Below, in pieces: positions 41,453-51,150 of a DNA stretch of 64,000 bases. The position numbers and the translations under genes were made by a program. The DNA is from an uncultured delta proteobacterium (GTDB lineage: Bacteria; Myxococcota_A; Polyangia; Polyangiales; Polyangiaceae), in the NCBI GenBank assembly GCA_963696385.1, contig CAVOKF010000001.1, positions 348,024-412,023 of the forward strand, given 5' to 3'. Numbering within the stretch: the stretch's first letter is position 1; each line of letters starts with the position of its first letter. The notes under the pieces are model-generated. The model saw only the letters and a program-made list of their open reading frames with translations, searched no databases and was not told the origin of the DNA.

Positions 41453-41473
41453 ATATCCAGGCCAGGGACGGAT

Positions 41474-42343
41474 CTATGGACGTCGCGGGCCGGAGACGGC
41501 CGCGGGCCGGTCCGGGACTGCGCCACGCCGCCCGTCTTCGCCGCCGACGTGAAACTCATCGAGCAAGTCCTGTTTGATGTGCAGGAAGTCCGGGTGGGCG
41601 CGAGCGCGAGGGTAGGGCAGATCGACCTCTAGCCGCTTGCGGATACGGCCGGGTCTAGAATCCATCACCACCACCCGCTGACCGAGAAATACGGCCTCTT
41701 CGATGTCGTGCGTCACCAGAATCATCGTGACGTTCTCGGCGCGCCACAGCCGCTGCAGCTCACCCTGCAGATGCAAGCGCGTCAACGCGTCGAGCGCTCC
41801 GAACGGCTCATCGAGCAAGAGGATGTTCGGCTTGCTGACGATCGCACGCGCGATGGCCGCCCGCTGCGCCATGCCGCCGGAGAGCTGACGGGGGTAGGCG
41901 CGTTCGAACCCCTCCAACCCGACCAGGCGAATGTGCTCGGCCACCGTCTTGCGCTTGTCGTCCTGGGAGCCCGCCCGTGCGCTCAATCCGAGGGCGATGT
42001 TGTCCGCTACGGTCAGCCACGGGAAAAGTCGGTGCTCTTGAAAGACAATGCCGCGCTCGAGACCGGGCTCGCGGATCGGCCGGCCATCCAAGAGAATGGC
42101 GCCGTCGTAGTCGGCGTCGAGACCGACGATGAGCCGCAGCAGCGTCGACTTGCCGCAGCCGCTCGCGCCGACAATCGCCGTAAACGAGCCGGGAGGCGCC
42201 TCGAGGTCGATTCCCGCGAGCACCGGAAGAACGCGCCCCTCGAGACGATACGACTTGGACACACCGCGTACGCTGAGCGTGCCCGCCCCGTTGCGCATGG
42301 CGTTCGATTCGAAATCGATCGGCTGAGCGGCCATGCGGCTCAT
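41474..42343 (-). CDS. SsuB/TauB-like ABC ATP-binding protein
   Basis: GASGCGKS, FQEHRLFPW, LSGGM, LLDEPFGALD. Confidence 0.93.
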   Translation of the reverse strand: MSRMAAQPIDFESNAMRNGAGTLSVRGVSKSYRLEGRVLPVLAGIDLEAPPGSFTAIVGASGCGKSTLLRLIVGLDADYDGAILLDGRPIREPGLERGIVFQEHRLFPWLTVADNIALGLSARAGSQDDKRKTVAEHIRLVGLEGFERAYPRQLSGGMAQRAAIARAIVSKPNILLLDEPFGALDALTRLHLQGELQRLWRAENVTMILVTHDIEEAVFLGQRVVVMDSRPGRIRKRLEVDLPYPRARAHPDFLHIKQDLLDEFHVGGEDGRRGAVPDRPAAVSGPRRP

Positions 42344-42344
42344 C

Positions 42345-42474
42345 GTCTATCATGCCGGACACTGCCGGCCCAGCGGCGAGGCGATGGCCCGCGTGCCGGC
42401 AGGGTCCGCGCGAAGTCCCGTGGGGCCCGGCGCGTGATGTCCATCATCAAAGACTCCCGTCCTTGACTTCGTGA
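42345..42474. promoter_or_regulatory. Two GTCY-N8-RGAC boxes in a divergent promoter
   Basis: GTCTATCATGCCGGAC at 42345; GTCCATCATCAAAGAC at 42439; GTCC half-site at 42459. Confidence 0.7.
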
Positions 42475-43370
42475 CCGAAGTCAATCAGTGTTCGGCGTGG
42501 ACGCGGGATGAGGGCCGGGCCTCGGCCCGGCCAACCGTCATGAGTGCATCGAGCTATGGCATCGCGGGGACCGTCGCCGCCTCGGGTCCATCGCGTCCAC
42601 GCGCACGGTTTGGGAGCGCTCGGCTGCGCGCCGTGGCCGTGCCGTTGGCTGCACCCGCGGCGCTGTTCGCATGTTGGACGCTCGCCGTCTCTCACGGGGT
42701 CGTCTCTCCTCAGATCTTGGTCTCGCCCATGCAAGTCGTTCGGGCGTTCGGCTCTCTGTGGTCGACCGGCGAGCTCACCCATCACCTGATTCGGTCGCTG
42801 TTCCGCCTTGTCACCGGTTTCGGCATCGGGGCGGGGCTCGGTTTGGCGGTGGGTCTCGCCATGGGCGTCTCGCCCCGCGTCGAGCATTCCGTGGCGCCGT
42901 CCTTTCACGCGGCCCGACAAATCCCTTCGATTGCGCTGATTCCGCTGCTCATTCTGATCCTGGGCGTCGGCGAGCCTCTCAAGATCGTCATCGTGGCGAA
43001 ATCGTCCTTTTTTCCGGTCGCCCTCGCGGTCATCCATGGGTTGAAGCAAGTTCCGCGCGCCTATCTCGACATTGCCGCCGTTCATCGACTTACCCGCTGG
43101 GATCGGATCTGCAGGCTTTTGATCCCGGCGACGGCGCCGCCTCTCGTCGCCGGACTGCGGATTGCGCTCGGTCGCTCCTGGCTCGTTCTGGTGGCGAGCG
43201 AGCTCATGGCGGCGGATTCCGGGCTCGGCCAAATGATGGAAATGGGGCGCCAGATGTTTCGCATGGACGTCGTGATGGTGGGGGTCTTTCTGACGGGAAC
43301 GATCGGGTTGGTTCTGGACCAGAGCGTGCGGCTGTTCGAGCGCCGGCTGGCGCAATGGAAGCGCTCGTGA
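42471..43370 (+). CDS. SsuC-like ABC permease (start may be 42540)
   Basis: QIPSIALIPL, LVLVASELMAADSGLG. Confidence 0.9.
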   Translation: MTEVNQCSAWTRDEGRASARPTVMSASSYGIAGTVAASGPSRPRARFGSARLRAVAVPLAAPAALFACWTLAVSHGVVSPQILVSPMQVVRAFGSLWSTGELTHHLIRSLFRLVTGFGIGAGLGLAVGLAMGVSPRVEHSVAPSFHAARQIPSIALIPLLILILGVGEPLKIVIVAKSSFFPVALAVIHGLKQVPRAYLDIAAVHRLTRWDRICRLLIPATAPPLVAGLRIALGRSWLVLVASELMAADSGLGQMMEMGRQMFRMDVVMVGVFLTGTIGLVLDQSVRLFERRLAQWKRS

Positions 43371-44161
43371 AGGCGCCCAGGCAGAGCCCGAGACGCCGGG
43401 TGTCGCGGATCGCCCTGGGCGTGTGGATTCCGCTGGCGATGATCGGCACGTGGGTCCTCGTGTCCCGCCATCAGGCCTGTTCTTACGCGTGCGTCTCGCC
43501 GTCGACCTTGGGCCGAGGGTTCGTCGAAGTGATCGCAACCGGCGAGCTGCCGTCCGCGCTCGCCGGGACGTTCGAAAAGACGTTGCTCGCGTTGTGTTTG
43601 GGGGCGCCCGCCGGGCTGCTCGTCGGCGGCGCGCTCGGAGCGTCGCGGATGATCGACCGGGCCATCGGACCGTTGTTTCATGCTTTCCGGCAGGTGCCGT
43701 TTCTCGGTCTGGCTCCACTCATGGCTCTCTGGTTTGGCACCGGACGGCTGGCCCAAGTCATCCTGACGGTGCTCGCCGTCGTCTACCCGGTCGTGCTGAG
43801 CACCTACGAGGGCATCCGTGCCATCGATCCCAAGTACCTGGAGGTCGCTCGCGTCATGAAGCTCGGCAACGACCAGATCCTCGCTGCAGTGACGGTCCCG
43901 GCCGTCGCCCCGTACGTCTACGCCGGGGTCTCGCACGCCATCCCGTTCGCATGGATCGCGACGGTGGGCGGCGAGCTGTTGCTCCCCTCCGGCGTCGGGA
44001 TCGGGACGATGATGGCGACGTCCGAAGCGGGAGGTCGACTGGACCTCGTTCTCGTGTGCACACTGACCGTCGCCGCCGCGAGCCTTTGCGTCGATCGCGC
44101 GCTCGTGCGGGTCGGCCGCAGGATGATGCTCTGGCGCGACGACGCTTCGAATCGGCTCTGA
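43367..44161 (+). CDS. Second SsuC-like ABC permease
   Basis: QVPFLGLAPLMALWFG, AWIATVGGELL; GTGA overlap. Confidence 0.9.
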   Translation: MKAPRQSPRRRVSRIALGVWIPLAMIGTWVLVSRHQACSYACVSPSTLGRGFVEVIATGELPSALAGTFEKTLLALCLGAPAGLLVGGALGASRMIDRAIGPLFHAFRQVPFLGLAPLMALWFGTGRLAQVILTVLAVVYPVVLSTYEGIRAIDPKYLEVARVMKLGNDQILAAVTVPAVAPYVYAGVSHAIPFAWIATVGGELLLPSGVGIGTMMATSEAGGRLDLVLVCTLTVAAASLCVDRALVRVGRRMMLWRDDASNRL

Positions 44162-44282
44162 TCGCCCGCTGCGCCCGCGGGCCCCCCCTTGGTTCATGCG
44201 CCCGCGCACGGATCGACGGCCGGTCCCAGGGTCGCTCTTCGGGGGGGCGGCCGCACCGCTCGTCGGAGCCGTGCCGGATTGA

Positions 44283-44385
44283 GTCTCTTGTACAGGACTC
44301 ATCGATACTGGATTAAGCCGGGAAATACAACCCTAACGTCCGCCAAAAAGTCACTGTACCGTCGCTTATGTCTATTATTCTGGAC
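44283..44385. promoter_or_regulatory. Two GTCY-N8-RGAC boxes upstream of the TonB-dependent receptor
   Basis: GTCTCTTGTACAGGAC at 44283; GTCTATTATTCTGGAC at 44370. Confidence 0.72.
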
Positions 44386-44418
44386 ATGCCCGCCACGGCT
44401 GTGGTTGGTTGCTTCCGG

Positions 44419-46923
44419 ATGGCCTTCCGCACCTTCACCGCAACCGAGACCCGTCCCGCCGGCGCCCCGCGGAGAATGCCGCTGGGCCTCTGCGCGAGGC
44501 CGCGCGCATGGATTTGGATCGCGATCGTCGTGGCCTTGCCGACGATCCTCACCGCCCGTCGGGCTGGAGCCCAGACCGGCGCCGGTGCCGGCCCGGACGG
44601 AGGAGCCGGACCGACCGACGAAGGCGGTGCGTGGGCCGCATCCAGCCCCGAGGCCGGCCCCTCGGCACCGCCCATTGCGAGCCCCGGCGCGGTCGGCGCC
44701 GGTTGGGACGATGCCGGCGTGGCGCCGGAGCCCGACGCCGGGCCTGCCGGCAAGGCGGGAGGCCCCGAGTCGGCGACCGCGCTTGCGTCCGTCGTCGTCA
44801 CGGCGGAGAAGCGCGAGGAAAACATCCAGCAGGTGCCGCTGTCGATCACAGCCGTCAGCCAGGACGAGCTACGCGACCAAGACATCCGCGCGTCGACCGA
44901 CGTCGCCAAGCTCGTGCCCAACATGTCGTCGGCGACCAGCGAAGGCCGCAGCCGGCCGCGCTGGTTCATTCGCGGCATCGGCATCAACGACCCGAGTACG
45001 AACGGCGTCAGCCCGATCGGCGTTTACTTCGACGAGGTCTACGAGAACTTTACCCTGGCGCAGTCCTTTCCGCTGTTCGATCTCGAGCGTGTCGAGGTGC
45101 TGCGGGGGCCCCAAGGCACTCTCTGGGGCAAGAACACGACCGGCGGCGCGATCAGCTTCATCTCGCGAAAGCCTAGCTTCGAATACGACGGCTACACGCA
45201 GGCGACGGCCGGCGACTACGGCGAGTTCGGTGTTCAAGGCGCCGGCGGAGGGGCGGTCATCAAGGATCGCATCGCGGCTCGAGCGTCGTTTTTCTACGAA
45301 TCGCGCAATGGTTGGGTGACCAATGTCTACAACAACACGCCGCAGGGAAGCCTGCGTGACGCCGCAGGACGCCTGCAGGTGTTGCTGATTCCGGTCGACA
45401 AGCTCGAGATCACGCTGAGCGCGCACGTGCGCCACAACGACGGCCAGAGCCAAGCGACCTACATCGTGGCGCAGAACGGCGGCCCCGTTCCCGGGTTGAA
45501 CGGATTCAAGGAAGGAAGCCGCTTCTACACCTACGACATCAACGGTCCCGCCACGGACGTCGACAACCACGAAGGCGGGCTGGCCAACATCCGGTGGGAG
45601 CTCGGACCGGGCGCTACATTGACCTCGATTTCGGCGTACGACGACGCGAGCCGCACGACGGCCGGTGGGACCGGCCCGCTCGAACAATCGGACGGATATG
45701 CCTACGCCCACGCCAAACAGTTCACGCAGGAACTAAGACTTGCGCCGACCCAGGTCGACCGGCTCAGTTGGGTGGTCGGCGGGCACTACTTTCGAGAAGG
45801 CCTGTTCTCGAACACGGCGGCCGCGACCTTGCCCGCGATCCCCCAGCCGGTCGGGTACGGCACGTACTACTCGGACACGGCTTTCATTCAGACCAGCCAG
45901 AGCTTCGCAGGGTTCGCCAACGCGACGTACGATTTCATCGAATGGTTTCGACTGGCGCTCGGCGCGCGTTGGACGACCGAAACCAAGGACATCAACCTCG
46001 GCGCCGTCAACACGGGCGCGCGGGGGGCGGCCGTCTGGAACAACGTCGGCGACTGGTGGCTGCGTCAGTCCGTGCAGACGCCGCTGCATGTTTCAGCCAC
46101 GCAGGTCGACAGCCGGACATGGAGCAGTCCTTCGTTCGACGCTTCGCCGTCGTTCAACATTTCCAAAGACCTGATGGCGTATTTCCACTACGGACACGGA
46201 TTCCGCGGCGGCACGTACTACGGCGGCGTCAACGCGCAGTCGAACGTTTCGGTCGTCGGCCCAGAGACTGTCGACGCGTTCGAGGTCGGGGCGAAGGCCA
46301 AAACCTTGAGCGACCGGTTGAGCGCGACGATTGCGGGTTTTCATTACGCGTACCACGACATCCAAGTCCTCGTGAACGCCCAGACGGCGAGCAACACCGT
46401 TTCGGCGACGATCCTTCAAAATGCGGGCGGCGGCACGGTGAACGGGGCCGAGATCGAGGCGGAAGCGATTCCCGTCGACAACCTGCGGCTTCACGGCAAT
46501 GTCGGCCTGCTCGGAACGCGCTACGACGGGTTCACGGCCGTCAACAACAACGAAGTGGTGAACGCTTCGGGCAATCAATTCACCCGGTCGCCTCACGTGA
46601 CGGCGCTCGTCGACGCGCAATACCGAATTCTGCTGCCGGGATCGACGTCGCTCGTGCCCGGAACGGACTGGGAATACACGAGTCACTTTTTCTTCAACGC
46701 CGTCGACCAGCAGAACCCGAATTTGCAGCAAAATGGATACGTGCTGGGCAATGCGCGCCTCTCGTTTTTCACCTGGCACGACGCGCTCGAGCTTCAGCTC
46801 TGGATCCACAACATCACCAACGAGGCCTACAAGATCCTGGCGACCCAGGGGGTACCCGGCGTTCAGAGCTGGGTGTTCGGGCCGCCGCGGATGTTCGGCG
46901 CTACGGCCACCGCAAAGTTCTGA
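44419..46923 (+). CDS. TonB-dependent receptor (start uncertain, 44386-44476)
   Basis: VVVTAEKR TonB box, RVEVLRGPQGTLWGKN plug motif, C-terminal Phe. Confidence 0.95.
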   Translation: MAFRTFTATETRPAGAPRRMPLGLCARPRAWIWIAIVVALPTILTARRAGAQTGAGAGPDGGAGPTDEGGAWAASSPEAGPSAPPIASPGAVGAGWDDAGVAPEPDAGPAGKAGGPESATALASVVVTAEKREENIQQVPLSITAVSQDELRDQDIRASTDVAKLVPNMSSATSEGRSRPRWFIRGIGINDPSTNGVSPIGVYFDEVYENFTLAQSFPLFDLERVEVLRGPQGTLWGKNTTGGAISFISRKPSFEYDGYTQATAGDYGEFGVQGAGGGAVIKDRIAARASFFYESRNGWVTNVYNNTPQGSLRDAAGRLQVLLIPVDKLEITLSAHVRHNDGQSQATYIVAQNGGPVPGLNGFKEGSRFYTYDINGPATDVDNHEGGLANIRWELGPGATLTSISAYDDASRTTAGGTGPLEQSDGYAYAHAKQFTQELRLAPTQVDRLSWVVGGHYFREGLFSNTAAATLPAIPQPVGYGTYYSDTAFIQTSQSFAGFANATYDFIEWFRLALGARWTTETKDINLGAVNTGARGAAVWNNVGDWWLRQSVQTPLHVSATQVDSRTWSSPSFDASPSFNISKDLMAYFHYGHGFRGGTYYGGVNAQSNVSVVGPETVDAFEVGAKAKTLSDRLSATIAGFHYAYHDIQVLVNAQTASNTVSATILQNAGGGTVNGAEIEAEAIPVDNLRLHGNVGLLGTRYDGFTAVNNNEVVNASGNQFTRSPHVTALVDAQYRILLPGSTSLVPGTDWEYTSHFFFNAVDQQNPNLQQNGYVLGNARLSFFTWHDALELQLWIHNITNEAYKILATQGVPGVQSWVFGPPRMFGATATAKF

Positions 46924-46972
46924 TTGGCTTCGAACCCAGGACCGTGAGCAAACCCACAAAGGAAACGATTTC

Positions 46973-47476
46973 ATGCAGCCTCGTCAAGCTTCAAGCGCTT
47001 TCATTGCCTTGCTCGTATCCGCAACGCTCACGGCGTGCACCGACGACGACACGCTGCCGACTCCCCCCGAGTCTCCCGATTCAAGCGTGACCGACGCCGC
47101 CTCGGACGGATCGGAGTCGGACGCGCCGTCCGACGCGCCCGGAGACGGCGCTGCCGATGCCTCACCGTCCTCCGACGCAGCGGTGGATGCACCGCCGGAC
47201 GCGGCCGACGCGTCTCCCGAGGGGGCATCCGACGCCTCCGCGGAGCCCGTCGACGCATCGCCGGACGCTGCAGACGCGTTTGCGGATGTGCTCGACGCGT
47301 CGTCGGCCGAAGACGCGTCCGACGCGGCGGTGGACGGGACGTCCCCGTCGGGGGTCGATGCTTCGGATGCGGCAGTCGAGGATTCGCCCGCGGATGCGCC
47401 TGCTGCCGCCGACTCGAGTGCGGATGCCGACGCCGCGACCGCAGCGGATGGCGCTGCGGACTCGGCCGAGCCATAG
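46973..47476 (+). CDS. Low-complexity Asp/Ala/Ser-rich lipoprotein
   Basis: Lipobox LTAC, then many DAS/DAA/PDA repeats; AAGGA RBS. Confidence 0.7.
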   Translation: MQPRQASSAFIALLVSATLTACTDDDTLPTPPESPDSSVTDAASDGSESDAPSDAPGDGAADASPSSDAAVDAPPDAADASPEGASDASAEPVDASPDAADAFADVLDASSAEDASDAAVDGTSPSGVDASDAAVEDSPADAPAAADSSADADAATAADGAADSAEP

Positions 47477-47503
47477 TCCGCCGAGCGCGCGCATGGGTTC
47501 GTT

Positions 47504-47554
47504 CCACTTTTGCGCCGAATGGAGCCTGCGCATGGGTCGTTCGGCTTCGGACCC
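47504..47554 (+). repeat. 51-bp copy of the msmA 3' end (other copy at 59575-59625)
   Basis: 48/51 identical by direct comparison. Confidence 0.85.
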
Positions 47555-47650
47555 AGCGATCCGTCGCCAAACCGCGACCGATAGGGCCAGCGACGCATCG
47601 GATGCCGACGACGGCGAGAGGGGCGCGCGCTGACGCGCCGGGAGGACCGG

Positions 47651-48263
47651 ATCGATCAAGATTTGGGGACATTCGAGGTCGTCGAACGTTCAAAAGGTAC
47701 TTTGGGCGGCCGACGAACTCGGCCTGATCTACGAACGGATCGAGGCGGGCGGCACATTCGGCAAAAACAAGACACCGGAATACCTGGCGCTCAACCCGAA
47801 CGGGCTCGTGCCCACGCTCGAGGACGAAGGACTCGTCGTCTGGGAAAGTCACGCGATCGTCCGGTACCTCTACCTGCGATACGGCAATGCCGGTGCGGCC
47901 CCCGCGTCTTTTTCGAAGGCCGATCGCTGGACCGACTGGCAACAGACCACACTGTGGCCCCCCGTGCGGAGCCTCGTCGTGCAACTGGTGCGAACCCCTG
48001 AGAAAGACCGCGACCCCAAGGCAATTGCGCTCGCGTCGGAGCAAGTGGTCGCCGCGCTCCGGTTGCTCGACGCGCATCTGAGCAAGAGCGCGTTTGTCGC
48101 CGGCGACTCATTCGGATTCGGTGACATTCCTCTCGGAATCGCCGTCCAGCGCTGGGTGCACTTGCCTGTTCTGCGCCCCACACTCCCCAACGTGGAACGT
48201 TGGTACGGCAGCTTTCAATCGCGGCCACCTTTCAAGAAGTGGGTGGCACACCCCCTCGCTTAG
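47651..48263 (+). CDS. Glutathione S-transferase (GstB-like); start codon reads ATCG instead of ATG
   Basis: GGAGG RBS, then IKIWG..SSNVQKVLW...LNPNGLVPTL...WESHAI. Confidence 0.88.
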
Positions 48264-48327
48264 ATTCTGCCTCCCCACCGAGACGGGGGCGGCTCTCGGT
48301 GAGACGGCAGCGTCGTCTTCGGAAAGG

Positions 48328-49014
48328 TCAGTTGGCTCGGGCCGGCCTTGCGGCATCGTCGGACCTGACGTGAACCGCATATCGTTCGACGTAGTAGCTG
48401 GTTGGATTCTGCTCAATTTTCACTGCGGGAAGCTTTGCGATCTGCTCGCTGTAGCGCTTCAGACGATCGATCGGACGGGCGAGAACGCTTCCGCGAAGCT
48501 GCTCGAGCGCCGGCCACCGCTCGAACCAGGGGTAAAGCGCGAAGTCCACGAGGCTCGGCGCCGGACCGAAGAAGTACGGGCCGTCGGCAGACGCTTTTGC
48601 GAAGCCCTCGCGATCGAGAAATTCGAGCGCCGTGCGAAACTCGCTCCGCGCCGCGTCTCGCAGTGCTTCGGTGGATCCACGCAAGAGCGCGCCGAAGGCC
48701 GTCACGAAACGGGTGTTCGCCCAATCGATCCACAGCCGTGCCACGGCTCGGCGGGCCGGACCGTCCGGCAGAAGGGGAGGGCTCGGAAAGACCTCGTCGA
48801 GGTACTCGTTGATGACAACAGATTCCCAGATGCGGTTGCCGTCATGTTCGATAGCCGGCACCTTGCCATAGCCCGATACGCTCGAAAACCAAGCGGGCTT
48901 GTTCCTCAGGTCGATTTCGCGAAGCTCGAAGTCCACACCCTTATGGGAGAGCACCAACCTGGTTCGATGCGCGAAGGGACACGCACGTGCACTGAACAAT
49001 GTCAACTTAGCCAT
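48328..49014 (-). CDS. Cys-type (omega-like) glutathione S-transferase
   Basis: ACPFAHR, GKVPAI, WESVVINEYLDE, SLVDFALYPWFER. Confidence 0.9.
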   Translation of the reverse strand: MAKLTLFSARACPFAHRTRLVLSHKGVDFELREIDLRNKPAWFSSVSGYGKVPAIEHDGNRIWESVVINEYLDEVFPSPPLLPDGPARRAVARLWIDWANTRFVTAFGALLRGSTEALRDAARSEFRTALEFLDREGFAKASADGPYFFGPAPSLVDFALYPWFERWPALEQLRGSVLARPIDRLKRYSEQIAKLPAVKIEQNPTSYYVERYAVHVRSDDAARPARAN

Positions 49015-49148
49015 GAAAGTCTCCGATCGTGGAACGCGGTCTTTATCCGCAAGCCGTGCACCCGGCGGGGGGCACGCGTGCCGTGCGAGCGGGCGACATC
49101 GGTTCGCCGCAAGCACGAGAATCGCCTCCGCATGGGTATCTCGTCGAT

Positions 49149-49164
49149 GTCCCGTTTACAAGAC
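49149..49164. promoter_or_regulatory. GTCY-N8-RGAC box upstream of the omega-like GST
   Basis: GTCCCGTTTACAAGAC. Confidence 0.6.
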
Positions 49165-49563
49165 CCATTGTGACCGGTCACGCGTACCCTGGGTTCCCGG
49201 GTATCCACCGCCCTTACGCCTTCGAGCACGAGGGTCTTTTCAACCAATCAGCCCATTTGGAGCGGACCGAAGGCGTGGAGCATGCGGACCCAACATTCGG
49301 CGACCGCGTTGTCAATCTCCTGCGCCGCCCGAGCTGTCGTGCCGTACGAACGCGTGCGGACCGACCGCCGGGCAACCCGCGCCACCGTCCGTTCCACCGC
49401 AATCGCTTCCGCTCGAGTCGCCTGCCGTGCCGTCATGGCCAACCTCCTGTTTGCGCGGTCCGAGGGAGGGCGCCGGCACCCCGCCAACCCCGGGCGCCCC
49501 GCGAGCCTGGCCCAGAAACGTCTCTGATTCAAGACATTGGGGAGAAGCGAAGTCGCCGGCGAA

Positions 49564-50821
49564 TTACCTCGAGACGACCCGCTCCGAGCTCCGATCGGGC
49601 GCGTGGCCAACCTTCGATGCCAAACCGAGCATGTGGCCGAGCTTGGACTGCTTCGCCGACAGATAGGCGATGTTTTCGGCGTTGGGGGCCGTGACGAGCG
49701 CCACGCGTTCGACGATTCGCAACGGGTAGCCTTCCAGGGCCGCGAATTTAGCGGGGTTGTTGCTCATGAGTCGGATGGTCGTCAGTCCGAGCGACGTGAG
49801 AATCTGCGCTCCGACGTCGTATCGACGCGAGTCGAATCGGAAGCCCGAGTTCGAGGTTGGCTTCGACCGTGTCACGGCCCTCGTCCTGCAATTGGTATGC
49901 GTGAAGCTTGTTGATCAGGCCGATGCCGCGTCCCTCGTGACCTCGCAGGTAGACGACGACTCCGCGACCGCACTCGGCCACGTGCGCCAGCGCCGCATCG
50001 AGTTGGGCACCGCAGTCGCACCGGATCGAGCCGAAGAGGTCCCCCGTCAAGCATTCGGAGTGAACGCGTACCAATACGTTCTCTTTGCCCCTCACGTCGC
50101 CGCGGATGAGCACGACGTGCTCGCCGCCGTCGATGCAGTCTCGAAACACGCGCACGTTGAACGGCCCATGGCGCGTCGGCAATCGGGCCTCGGCAACGGC
50201 CTCGACCCGCGACTCGGTCCGGCGGCGGTAGGCCACGAGGTCGTCGATGCGGATCAGCGCGAGACGGTGCTCCACCGCAAAAGCCGACAGGGCCGCGGGC
50301 CGCATCATCGTCCCGTCGTCGTGGGTGAGCTCGCACAGGGCTCCAACCGGCGTCAGGCCGGCGAGACGCGCCAGATCCGATGCCGCTTCCGTATGTCCGC
50401 GCCGGCGCAACACACCGCCGTCGCGCACCCGAAGAGGAAACACGTGCCCCGGTCGAACGAAGTCGTGTGCCGTGCTCTCGGGACTGCCGAGCGCATGAAT
50501 GGTGGTCGCGCGGTCTGCCGCACAAATTCCGGTCGTTGTTCCACGCCGCGCATCCACCGAGACTGTGAACGCCGTACCGTGCGCCTCCTGCCCCTGGGGC
50601 ACCATGAGCGGCAGGTTGAGCATGTCGCAGCGCTCACCGGGCAGCGCAACGCACAGCACGCCGCTCGTGTATCGAAGGACGAATCGGATGACTTCCGGCG
50701 TCGCGGTCTCGGCGGCGACGATGAGATCGCCTTCGTTCTCACGCTCCGCATCGTCGAGGACCACGACAGGCTCGCCGCGCTGGGTCCTCCGGATAGCCTC
50801 TTCAACCTTCGAATACGGCAT
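49564..50821 (-). CDS. ribBA: Bifunctional DHBP synthase / GTP cyclohydrolase II (+1 frameshift at 49834-49838, probably an artefact)
   Basis: [37 protein letters not shown] / [12 protein letters not shown]...MSNNP. Confidence 0.93.
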
Positions 50822-50844
50822 GTTCGACGTGCCTCGCCGCAGGT

Positions 50845-50880
50845 GTCTACCATAATGGAACACTGTCTACAATTCGGGGA
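50845..50880. promoter_or_regulatory. Tandem degenerate boxes between ribBA and the regulator
   Basis: GTCTACCATAATGGAA at 50845; GTCTACAATTCGGGGA at 50865. Confidence 0.6.
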
Positions 50881-51150
50881 GGGACGTAGCCCTCGCCGGC
50901 CTCCGCGACGACCGACCGAGCCGACCGCGACTCGGCCGTCGACGGCCGGCTGCCGGACAATGCGGCCGTGCCTCACGGCCAAGGCTCAAGGGAGCGATGA
51001 CCCCGACCCCGACTACCCGACCCCGACCCACCTCCGGACTCTCGAGGCGGAAAGCACGCCGAGCGTGGCCGATGCGAGGGCCCCGCGGGCGAGACCCCCG
51101 TCCACCAATTGTTTGCGGGTCGGTTGGTTCTCGCATTACATTTGACGTTA

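Noticed and set aside
24016..46923. Siderophore or RiPP biosynthetic cluster
   Set aside because: No NRPS, NIS synthetase, precursor peptide or Fur-box-like site seen; the context is sulfur metabolism
49170..49560. Possible gene remnant between the GST and ribBA
   Set aside because: Contains an in-frame stop and no recognisable motif; cannot be assigned
50995..51035. CCCGA(C) short tandem repeats upstream of the regulator
   Set aside because: Short, irregular low-complexity GC-rich sequence with no supportable function
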